From NCBI GenBank assembly GCA_016214655.1, contig JACROC010000005.1, forward strand, positions 131,078 through 195,077: a stretch of DNA of 64,000 nt, in the 5' to 3' direction. Positions 56,871 through 64,000 of this stretch are shown here, in pieces. This stretch comes from Candidatus Harrisonbacteria bacterium (GTDB taxonomy: Bacteria > Patescibacteriota > Minisyncoccia > UBA6257 > 02-FULL-45-10c). The notes beneath the pieces were generated by a model, which did no database searches, was not told where the DNA came from, and saw only the letters and a program-made list of their open reading frames with translations. The position numbers and the translations under genes are program-made. The number at the start of each line of letters is the position of its first letter. Position 1 is the stretch's first letter.

Positions 56871-57880
56871 TATCGTTTATTAAGCAAAGTCCTTTTATAT
56901 ACATCTAAATGATTCAAGATAATGCCGGCGCCTTTGGCTACGCAGAAGATCGGTTCTTCGGCTATATAAGTTTCTACGCCGGTCATGCGCTTAAAAAATT
57001 CATCAATATAGCGGAGCTGAGCGCCGCCGCCGGATACGATAATCCCCTTTTCCATAATATCCGCCACCAATTCCGGAGGAGTTTCGTTAAACACATTTTT
57101 AACCGATCCGGCAATATCAATAAGATGCTGATTCAAGGCATCGGCGACCTCGTTGGAATTGACAATAATATCCTTCGGCAATCCGGAAACCATGTCCCGG
57201 CCCCGTATCTGCAATTCCAGCTTGTCTTTAGAGGGAAGCGCGGCGCCAACTTCAATTTTAATCAGCTCGGCAGTTTGTTCACCTATGTGAAGCGCGTATT
57301 TCTTTTTAATATAATCTGTAATAGCTTGGTCAAATTTATTACCGGCCACCCGCAAACTGGACCAAGATACAATACCACCAAGAGAAATAACCGCAACTTC
57401 CGATGTGCCCCCGCCGATGTTAATAATCATATTTCCGGAAGAATTATTAATAGGAATACCAGCTCCAAGCGCAGCCAGCAGCGGTTCTTTAACGATATAA
57501 GCCTCTTTAGCGCCTGCTTCTTTAGCGGCATTCATAATTGCCCGCCGTTCAGTCGGCGTAATGCCCGCCGGAGCGGAAATAACCACATCCGGCCTGACTA
57601 AATTAAATCGCCCGGTGGCTTTAGCAATGAAATATTTAAGCATTGCTTTGGTAATGTAATAATCAGCAATCACGCCGTCCTTAAGCGGCCGATAAGCGGC
57701 AATGTCGCCTGGAGTTTTACCAACCATATCTTTGGCTTCTCGGCCGACAGCTAAAACACCGTTATCAGGCAAACTAAGCGCAACAATAGTCGGCTCATTG
57801 ATAATAAATCCTTTCCCCGGAACAAATACGATTGTATTTGCCGTACCAAGGTCTATGCCTATTTTTCTAGTAAACATCAA
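56870..57880 (-). CDS. mreB: Second MreB/Mbl-like actin homolog.
   Basis: IGIDLGTANTIVFV, NIGGGTSEVAV motifs. Confidence 0.85.
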   Translation of the reverse strand: MMFTRKIGIDLGTANTIVFVPGKGFIINEPTIVALSLPDNGVLAVGREAKDMVGKTPGDIAAYRPLKDGVIADYYITKAMLKYFIAKATGRFNLVRPDVVISAPAGITPTERRAIMNAAKEAGAKEAYIVKEPLLAALGAGIPINNSSGNMIINIGGGTSEVAVISLGGIVSWSSLRVAGNKFDQAITDYIKKKYALHIGEQTAELIKIEVGAALPSKDKLELQIRGRDMVSGLPKDIIVNSNEVADALNQHLIDIAGSVKNVFNETPPELVADIMEKGIIVSGGGAQLRYIDEFFKRMTGVETYIAEEPIFCVAKGAGIILNHLDVYKRTLLNKR

Positions 57881-57942
57881 TTTAGTGGACTAGCCACTAG
57901 CGATTAGCCACTAGTATTTTTCTAGTCGCTAATCACTAAACA

Positions 57943-59202
57943 CTAGTCGCTTCTTATAATGTCCGCTCCTAACTCTCTTAATCGTTCATCAAATTTTTCA
58001 TACCCCCTGTCGATCTGTTCAATGCTGCCAATCGCGCTCTGTCCTTTGGCAACTAAAGCGGCTATTACCAAAGTAGCGCCTGCCCTTAGATCTAAACTTT
58101 GAATTTCCGCGCCATGAAGCACTGTCGGGCCGTTAATTATCGCGCGATGCGGATCTAAAATTACCGCGTCTGCTCCCATTTTTCGGAGCTCATCAATGTA
58201 TTTTAATCTACCCTCATACATTATGTCAAAAATTAATGATGATCCCTTAGCCTGAGTAGCTAAAACCCCAAAAGGCGCTTGCAAATCCGTCGGCAAACCA
58301 GGATAAGGCAAGGTCTGAATTTTAGCCGCATGCAATCCAGATCTCATGCCATCAATCCCCAATACACTGCCCCTCAAATTAAAAACAACCCCGAATTCTT
58401 TGAGTTTGCGCAACGGCAATTCCAGATGACTTTCCTCAACGCCAACAATATTAATATTACTTCTGGTTGCCGAAGCCAGAACCGCAAGCGTCCCAGCTTC
58501 AATGGGATCATTAATAATGGTGTGTTCTATTGCGCCGCTTAATCCCTTACCGCTGTTAACTTTAAAAGTGTGGCTTTTGTCGCCGGCAACCGTAACTCCT
58601 AATTTAGCCAAAAAATCAATCAAATCCAGAACATGGGGCTCAATTGCCGCCAAAGCAATAGCGAAGGGGTGCGCTTTTGCCAGCATTAATAAATTTTCCG
58701 TAGCCGTAACGCTAAACTCTTTTAAACAAACCCGGTCATTTTTAAAATTTTTCAAAAAGATAGTATGTATTCCGGATCCATCATCAAATTCCACTATCGC
58801 ACCCAAATCCCGGAAAGCTTCCAAGTGTGTATCTATAGGACGACTCCCAATCTTACATCCTCCAGGAGTTACAAAACTCACCTTTCCAAACCTGGCTAAC
58901 AATGGACCCACTAATAAAATGGATGACCTTATTTGGCACATTAGGTTTTGATCCAGTTTTTCGGGATTAATATCGCTATTATCGATTTCTATACTGTGTC
59001 CCGAAAGCCATTTTTGTCTTGAACCGATGCTCTTTAATATTTCCAGAATAACCAGGACGTCACCTATCCGTGGAATATTGTGAAGGATGCAAGTTTGATC
59101 AGTTAATAAAGTAGCGGCGATAATCGGGGTAGCGGAATTCTTACAGCCGCCGACCCGAATATCCCCATCCAAAGCTTTCCCGCCATTGATAATAAACTTC
59201 AT
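57943..59202 (-). CDS. murA: UDP-N-acetylglucosamine 1-carboxyvinyltransferase.
   Basis: N-terminal KFIINGGKALDGDIRVGGCKNSA, including the catalytic Cys (C-K-N) loop. Confidence 0.9.
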   Translation of the reverse strand: MKFIINGGKALDGDIRVGGCKNSATPIIAATLLTDQTCILHNIPRIGDVLVILEILKSIGSRQKWLSGHSIEIDNSDINPEKLDQNLMCQIRSSILLVGPLLARFGKVSFVTPGGCKIGSRPIDTHLEAFRDLGAIVEFDDGSGIHTIFLKNFKNDRVCLKEFSVTATENLLMLAKAHPFAIALAAIEPHVLDLIDFLAKLGVTVAGDKSHTFKVNSGKGLSGAIEHTIINDPIEAGTLAVLASATRSNINIVGVEESHLELPLRKLKEFGVVFNLRGSVLGIDGMRSGLHAAKIQTLPYPGLPTDLQAPFGVLATQAKGSSLIFDIMYEGRLKYIDELRKMGADAVILDPHRAIINGPTVLHGAEIQSLDLRAGATLVIAALVAKGQSAIGSIEQIDRGYEKFDERLRELGADIIRSD

Positions 59203-59243
59203 GGAAACTAAGATGATGCTAAGTTATAATTCAATTATATATC

Positions 59244-60578
59244 ATGACCCTTCGAACTAGAAGAATCTTATTCTACGGATTAACGCTGGTTTTCATATTT
59301 ATCGGTACAATCGTTATTTTCTACTCCAGCGGCTGGAGGTTTGATCTGGAAACCATGCAAATCAATAAATTGGGGGCACTATTTTTTGAAACCATAACCC
59401 CCACCGACGCAACTATCACTATCGACAAAAACAAATTCGAATTCCACCAAGGGTTTCTGCAATCCGGAATTTTAATCGCCAATCTCTTTCCCAAAACCTA
59501 CACAGTCAGAATCACCAAGGAAGGCTATCAAAATTGGATCAAAGAGCTGGAAGTTTTTCCTTCATTAGTGACCACGGCCCCGCCAATCGTCCTTCTTCCG
59601 GAAAAACCGGATTTAAATAAACCGCTGGTGAACAAAATCGCTGATTTTTGGGTTACTCCTGAACATTTAATTACTCTTGCCAGTGACGGAACACTTGAAT
59701 TCGGAGGGCAAAAAATTATCGGCAACCAAATTTATAAATGGTCAAAAACCGAAAATTTAATTATCACCACCCAAAAAAAAGGTTCTTATTTTCTAATAGA
59801 TCTAGACCATCCAAGCAGCGCCACCAATCTCAGTTTAATATTCGCTAATCTTAAACCGGCAAAAATGCGGCGCGCGCAAATTCAAAGCATTGATTTTCAT
59901 CCGCTTAACGAAAATCAATTTATAATTTCTACCACCGAAGGACTTTTTATTTTAAATATTGACAAATTAGCCCTTGCATCTATTCACGAAAATCCGGTCA
60001 GCTCTTTAGATATAAATAATGCCGAGATTATTTTTACCGACAAAAATAAAATCTTTTTATACAATCTAACCATAGACACCAAAGAATTCCTGACTGATAA
60101 AGAATTTCAGGACATAAGAGACATTCAAATCTCTCCCTCGAAATATTTGGTGTCCTTACTGGAAAAGAACGGCCAGCTTTATATTTTCGACCGTAAATCT
60201 CTGAATTTAACAGAAATCGCGGAAAATATTTCTAAAGCGATCTTTGCTCCGGACAGTAAAAAAATCGCGGCGATCGGTAATAATAAAGAATTATCCATTT
60301 ATTATCTTGCGGACCCAAATCAAGAAAGTGAAAAAAATGAAAAACCGGCTCATTTCAACATCGGCTCCATCCAGGAAGAAGCCCTGAGCTGGCATAAAAA
60401 TTCTAATTATCTTTTTATTAAATATCCGTCCAATCTTTATCTCCTAGAGGCTAATAACTTATTGCCGATAAATTTTCAAATGATTGACCTGGAAAATAAG
60501 AAATATCAGTATGGCGCCGGAGAAAATTCCGTCTACCTATTAAAAAATGGCAGTTTATACAAACTGCCGTTAAATTGA
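59244..60578 (+). CDS. Anchored protein with a PEGA-like domain followed by a beta-propeller-like repeat region (hypothetical).
   Basis: TM helix, then ITPTDATITIDKNKF...TYTVRITKEGYQNW (PEGA-like), then repeated beta-strand-rich segments. Confidence 0.35.
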   Translation: MTLRTRRILFYGLTLVFIFIGTIVIFYSSGWRFDLETMQINKLGALFFETITPTDATITIDKNKFEFHQGFLQSGILIANLFPKTYTVRITKEGYQNWIKELEVFPSLVTTAPPIVLLPEKPDLNKPLVNKIADFWVTPEHLITLASDGTLEFGGQKIIGNQIYKWSKTENLIITTQKKGSYFLIDLDHPSSATNLSLIFANLKPAKMRRAQIQSIDFHPLNENQFIISTTEGLFILNIDKLALASIHENPVSSLDINNAEIIFTDKNKIFLYNLTIDTKEFLTDKEFQDIRDIQISPSKYLVSLLEKNGQLYIFDRKSLNLTEIAENISKAIFAPDSKKIAAIGNNKELSIYYLADPNQESEKNEKPAHFNIGSIQEEALSWHKNSNYLFIKYPSNLYLLEANNLLPINFQMIDLENKKYQYGAGENSVYLLKNGSLYKLPLN

Positions 60579-60968
60579 TCGTTGAGAAAAAAGATAAGTG
60601 ACGCCACCCAATATTCCCCCGACTAGATCAAAAAATAAATCAGATAATGTGTCAGTCAGGCTAAGTTCCAAGGTTTGTAAAAAATAATTAGTTGAATATT
60701 CATAAAATTCCCACAGCACTCCGATAAGCATCACAAAAGATACAATAAAAAGAAAGTTGGCATACCTGTTTCCGTTTGGCAGTAAGTTAAAATATTCAGC
60801 GGAAAAATTTAAAAACAGAGATGCAGTCAATAGTCCGCCAAGAAAATGCATAACCATATCCAGCCACCAAATTGCCTCAAGATCCGCAATTGAACTATTA
60901 GAATAGATCTGCCCGGCAATTAATAATAGAGCCGAAGCTAAAATAAATTTTTTATCAGCGAGAAACAT
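60570..60968 (-). CDS. Small four-TM membrane protein (VanZ-like?).
   Basis: 132-aa hydrophobic ORF. Confidence 0.3.
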   Translation of the reverse strand: MFLADKKFILASALLLIAGQIYSNSSIADLEAIWWLDMVMHFLGGLLTASLFLNFSAEYFNLLPNGNRYANFLFIVSFVMLIGVLWEFYEYSTNYFLQTLELSLTDTLSDLFFDLVGGILGGVTYLFSQRSI

Positions 60969-61418
60969 TTACCTCTTTGCCCATTGCGGAGCTCTTCTGG
61001 CCTTTTTAAGTCCGTACTTCTTACGTTCTACCATCCTGGCATCGCGAGTTAAAAATCCATGCCGCCTTAATCGCTTCCTGAAATCTGCATTAAAAAGCAC
61101 TAAAGCTCTAGAGATACCGTGGCGCACGGCCTCTGCCTGGCTGCTTAGTCCCCCGCCACTTACCTTAACCGTACCGCCAAGTTTATCTATAATATTCATA
61201 GTCTCCAAAGGTTTTAAAACCTCCTTCTGGAGATAGCTATCCTTAAAATATTCTTTATAATCCTTACCATTAATAGTCACGCCTTGATATTTGGTAGATA
61301 ATCTTACCCGCGCTACAGCAGTCTTTCTCCCGCCCCTGGCTTCGAAATACCTGGTCGGCTTAACCTCCGCCGGCCTCGCTGTTATTTTTTTTGTGGTTGT
61401 AGTTGATTTTTTCACCAT
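60969..61418 (-). CDS. rpsI: 30S ribosomal protein S9.
   Basis: GGGLSSQAEAVRHGISRAL...RRHGFLTRDARMVERKKYGLKKARRAPQWAKR C-terminal signature. Confidence 0.9.
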   Translation of the reverse strand: MVKKSTTTTKKITARPAEVKPTRYFEARGGRKTAVARVRLSTKYQGVTINGKDYKEYFKDSYLQKEVLKPLETMNIIDKLGGTVKVSGGGLSSQAEAVRHGISRALVLFNADFRKRLRRHGFLTRDARMVERKKYGLKKARRAPQWAKR

Positions 61419-61423
61419 ATAAC

Positions 61424-61762
61424 TTATTTTATTGTTAATCTTTTCATCCTTTTCGGCTTTAATGAATTCTTCGGCAGCATATGCCCTACCGCATCCCGCA
61501 AAACTTTGCCGGGATTCTTTTCAAATAATTCTTTAAGAGTCGCAGACTTAAGATGGCCCATATAACCGGTATGCCAATGATATTGCCTCGTTATGGGCTT
61601 ATTTCCGGAAAACGCCAATTCTTTGACATTCTCCACTACGACTTTATCCGCGCCAGCAAGACGAGGTTCGTAGTACGCGCTTTTCTTACCCTGCAAAATA
61701 CAAGCTATCTCTGAAGCCAACCGTCCTAGTCTTTTATTTTTAGCATCTAATCGATATTCCAT
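61424..61762 (-). CDS. rplM: 50S ribosomal protein L13. It is short at the N-terminus: the in-frame rplQ stop 8 codons upstream limits any extension.
   Basis: RLGRLASEIA..LQGK...HWHTGYMGHLK...LPKN L13 pattern. Confidence 0.85.
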   Translation of the reverse strand: MEYRLDAKNKRLGRLASEIACILQGKKSAYYEPRLAGADKVVVENVKELAFSGNKPITRQYHWHTGYMGHLKSATLKELFEKNPGKVLRDAVGHMLPKNSLKPKRMKRLTIK

Positions 61763-61786
61763 AAACCAGATAAGTCCGATAGGACC

Positions 61787-62122
61787 TTATTGAACAAACT
61801 CAATTACTGCTTGTTGCGCCGCATCTCGTTTACGGCGAAGCGCTGTTTTTAAAATCCGCAAATATCCACCGGCGCGATTCTGATATTTCGGAGCGATATC
61901 ATAATAAAGTTTGGTAGCCGATTTTTTAGGAAGCTTGGACAACAAACGCCGCAGACTGGCTAAATTCTGCTCTTTAGCAATAGTTACCAGCTTTTCCACT
62001 AATGGCCTAACCTCTTTAGCGCGAGCCTCGGTTGTCTGCATTTTTTCTTTCATTATTAAATTATGTACAAGGGTTTGAACAAATAATTTTCTTCGCCCCC
62101 GAATTCTGTGGAATTTTCTCAT
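61787..62122 (-). CDS. rplQ: 50S ribosomal protein L17.
   Basis: RAGGYLRILK...DAAQQAVIEFV C-terminal L17 signature. Confidence 0.8.
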   Translation of the reverse strand: MRKFHRIRGRRKLFVQTLVHNLIMKEKMQTTEARAKEVRPLVEKLVTIAKEQNLASLRRLLSKLPKKSATKLYYDIAPKYQNRAGGYLRILKTALRRKRDAAQQAVIEFVQ

Positions 62123-62896
62123 CTATTTTTTCTTTTTTGAAGTCTTCTTTTTCGCGATTTTCTTTTCTTTTTCTGCTTCAACTGGTTTCACTTCTAATTC
62201 CTTGACTTCGATATTGGAAATTTTTTCAAAATGATCCTTCAGGATATTACTGGCTTTATGCAGGGCCGCCGAAGGAGTGATACTGCCATCCGTGGTAATG
62301 GAAACAATCAAACGATTATAATCGGTCCGGTCTCCAACGCGCATGTTTCCTACCGAAAAATTAGCCTTTACTACCGGAGAAAAAGAGGCGTCCAAAGCGA
62401 TTGCGCCAATTGGCAACTTTTCAGATTTAGCCGATTCAACTGGAACAAAACCCAATCCCCGTTCAACTCGTAATTCCATTTCCAATTCAGATGACTTACT
62501 GGTTAAAGTAGCAACTTTGACATCCGGAGTGATCAAGTCTACTTCAGAATTTAATTCGATATCAGAAGCCGTAACAGCTTTCCCGCCTTTTACTTTAAGA
62601 GTCAAAGTCTGCGGCTCGTCAGTATGCAGGCGGAAACGGATCTTTTTCAAATTCAATCCCATTTCTACCATGTCCTCCATAACGCCACTCAAACTGGAAA
62701 ATTGATGCTGTACATTTTTAACTTTAAATTGAGTTATGGCTGCGCCGGGCAAAGACGAAAAAAGAACCCGCCTCAGAGCGTTTCCGACAGTCAAACCATA
62801 ACCAGTATAGAGACCCTCAATTTCAAAAACTCCCTCGGTATCCGTCTCCGAAACCTTTTTAATAGTTACCGACTCACTTAAATAAGCAAATTGCAT
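62123..62896 (-). CDS. rpoA: DNA-directed RNA polymerase alpha subunit with the N-terminal domain only. It has a Lys-rich tail and no alpha-CTD.
   Basis: GYGLTVGNALRRVLFSSLPGAAIT (alpha-NTD dimerisation motif). The protein ends at about 257 aa with KKIAKKKTSKKKK, compared with roughly 330 aa for typical bacterial alpha. Confidence 0.85.
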   Translation of the reverse strand: MQFAYLSESVTIKKVSETDTEGVFEIEGLYTGYGLTVGNALRRVLFSSLPGAAITQFKVKNVQHQFSSLSGVMEDMVEMGLNLKKIRFRLHTDEPQTLTLKVKGGKAVTASDIELNSEVDLITPDVKVATLTSKSSELEMELRVERGLGFVPVESAKSEKLPIGAIALDASFSPVVKANFSVGNMRVGDRTDYNRLIVSITTDGSITPSAALHKASNILKDHFEKISNIEVKELEVKPVEAEKEKKIAKKKTSKKKK

Positions 62897-62968
62897 TTTA
62901 GTTAGGGGTTAGGGGTTAGGGGTTAGGGGTTAGAAATTTACTAAACCCTCAACCCTATACCCTCGACC
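62891..62968. repeat. Telomere-like G-tract repeat with an inverted copy. (TTAGGGG)x4 sits at 62891-62920, and the C-rich counterpart (AAACCCTCAACCCTATACCCTCGACCCTCA) at 62937-62968. G-quadruplex motifs occur on both strands and the two halves can form a long imperfect hairpin.
   Basis: Read directly. It lies between the rpsD stop and the rpoA ATG; the G-run starts 2 nt after the ATG on the plus strand. Confidence 0.7.
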
Positions 62969-62982
62969 CTCAATTTATTAAT

Positions 62983-63594
62983 TTATTTAGAATAATAATC
63001 GACGACCATATTTACATCAAACAAAACCTCCATATCTTTAGGCAAGGAAACCACTTCGCCTTCAAATTTTTCCTTGTCCAATTTTAGCCAAATTGGCGCT
63101 TCGTATTTTTTTAATCGTTCTCCCAAATCTTTTAATTGCGCGATATCTTTAGATTGCGGTCGGATACCAATTTTATCTCTAACCCGCACCAAATAAGAAG
63201 GGATACCGACTTTTTTTCCGTTAACAACAATATGCCCGTGGCTGACCAATTGGCGCGCCAGAGATCTCGACGGAGCAAGGCCTAACCGAAAAACCGCATT
63301 ATCCAGTCTGCGCTCCAATAATTGAATGATCATCTGTCCGGTTACACCCGGATTCTTAACGGCAGTGACAAAAATCTTTTTCATCTGTGCTTCCCGGATG
63401 CCATAACTGTATTTAATTTTTTGCTTTTCCTGCAGCTGTTGGCCAAATTCCGAATAAGCATGCCGGTCTTTACCATGCAATCCAGGCCGATATGCTTTTT
63501 TGATCATTACACATTTTGGTGAATTACAACGATGCGCTTTCAAGAAAAGCTTAGTTCCCAATGACCGTTCTTTTTTTTCTCTGGTATCAAACAT
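62983..63594 (-). CDS. rpsD: 30S ribosomal protein S4.
   Basis: N-terminal Zn-ribbon-like CNSPKC and an S4 RNA-binding domain (GHIVVNGKKVGIPSYLV). Confidence 0.9.
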   Translation of the reverse strand: MFDTREKKERSLGTKLFLKAHRCNSPKCVMIKKAYRPGLHGKDRHAYSEFGQQLQEKQKIKYSYGIREAQMKKIFVTAVKNPGVTGQMIIQLLERRLDNAVFRLGLAPSRSLARQLVSHGHIVVNGKKVGIPSYLVRVRDKIGIRPQSKDIAQLKDLGERLKKYEAPIWLKLDKEKFEGEVVSLPKDMEVLFDVNMVVDYYSK

Positions 63595-63612
63595 GTTGAA
63601 AAAATTAATTTA

Positions 63613-64000
63613 CTAAACGCGCCGAACCTTTGGCGGCCTAGGTCCATTATGCGGGATAGGGGTCATGTCTTTGATTGATAATATGTTAAAACCTTGATTC
63701 GCGAAAGAGCGGATTGCAGAATCCCGTCCACTGCCAACGCCATTCACAAAAACGTCTAAATCCGCTAAACCGGTTTTCTTCAATTTTTCGGCAATTGCCG
63801 AAACCACCCTAGAAGCGGCAAAAGGAGTCGCCTTTTTCGGTCCGGAAAAACCAAGTGATCCGGCAGATGCCCAAGCCAAAGTATTACCCTGCTGATCGGT
63901 AACAGTAATGATAGTATTATTGTACGAAGCGCCGATATAAACATTACCGCGCATCAATTTCTTTGCACCGGAAACAACCCTGGCTGATGTCTTGGCGATA
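63613..64000 (-). CDS. rpsK: 30S ribosomal protein S11, partial. The 5' end lies beyond the right edge of the window; the track's TTG at 63957 is internal.
   Basis: In-frame upstream translation continues ...IAKTSARVVSGAKKLMRGNVYIGASYNNTIITVTD, matching the S11 N-terminus. C-terminal TPIPHNGPRPPKVRRV. Confidence 0.85.
   Translation of the reverse strand, partial: IAKTSARVVSGAKKLMRGNVYIGASYNNTIITVTDQQGNTLAWASAGSLGFSGPKKATPFAASRVVSAIAEKLKKTGLADLDVFVNGVGSGRDSAIRSFANQGFNILSIKDMTPIPHNGPRPPKVRRV

Noticed and set aside
62891-62920. The TTAGGGG tandem repeats as eukaryotic telomere contamination or a chimeric contig.
   Set aside because: They sit precisely in the spacer between rpsD and rpoA of a contiguous, canonical bacterial alpha operon. 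A related copy is embedded in-frame in tpiA.
1-64000. rRNA and tRNA genes, CRISPR arrays, transposases or integrases.
   Set aside because: No tRNA-like T-arm or acceptor patterns, no rRNA-like conserved blocks, no regularly spaced short repeats and no transposase or integrase-like ORFs were seen. The only retroelement component is the DGR RT.

Overview
This 64 kb window reads as an AT-rich, gene-dense bacterial chromosome segment coded mostly on the minus strand. It has many small membrane or secreted proteins, a short RpoA that lacks the C-terminal domain, weak or absent Shine-Dalgarno sites, and diversity-generating retroelement parts. From this I infer a Candidate Phyla Radiation / Patescibacteria-type genome. 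That placement is inference only.

Housekeeping genes found:
- the alpha-operon tail rpsK(partial)-rpsD-rpoA-rplQ-rplM-rpsI
- secA, tpiA, murA, two mreB paralogs, PBP2, proS, rseP, frr, hpf, a holB-like gene, maf and an EEP nuclease

Accessory content:
- A copper module: CsoR-family repressor with a CsoR-type operator, a CopB-type P1B ATPase (CPH motif), DoxX and a cupredoxin.
- A MacAB-like efflux pump whose ATPase carries an N-terminal YHS/TRASH metal-binding domain, plus a standalone YHS protein.
- A thiol-redox island: two CcdA/DsbD-like membrane proteins, two thioredoxin-fold proteins, and two adjacent anchored proteins that both end in GGGG-C-G-[IL].

The standout system is a complete diversity-generating retroelement (DGR) at 39.9-42.8 kb:
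- a target gene whose C-terminal variable repeat (VR) matches a downstream template repeat (TR) over about 118 bp, with 22 mismatches, 21 of them at TR adenines
- an Avd-like four-helix-bundle gene
- a DGR-type reverse transcriptase (IGNLTSQ motif) split into two ORFs by a frameshift inside a perfect (AG)11 dinucleotide tract; one extra AG unit would restore the frame, so a phase-variable ON/OFF switch is a candidate explanation

A second gene at 55.2-55.8 kb shares the DGR target's promoter/leader module and a post-stop inverted repeat, but it is frameshifted and does not match the TR.

A second unusual signal is a dispersed G-tract repeat family related to telomere-like TTAGGG(G). Four TTAGGGG units abut an inverted C-rich copy between rpsD and rpoA, and an identical 18-nt copy sits in-frame twice inside tpiA. 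These make canonical G-quadruplex motifs in an AT-rich genome.

Two GC-rich, hairpin-dense intergenic islands (36.9-37.0 kb and 47.2-47.5 kb) look like structured RNAs of unknown class. No rRNA, tRNA or CRISPR array was recognised.
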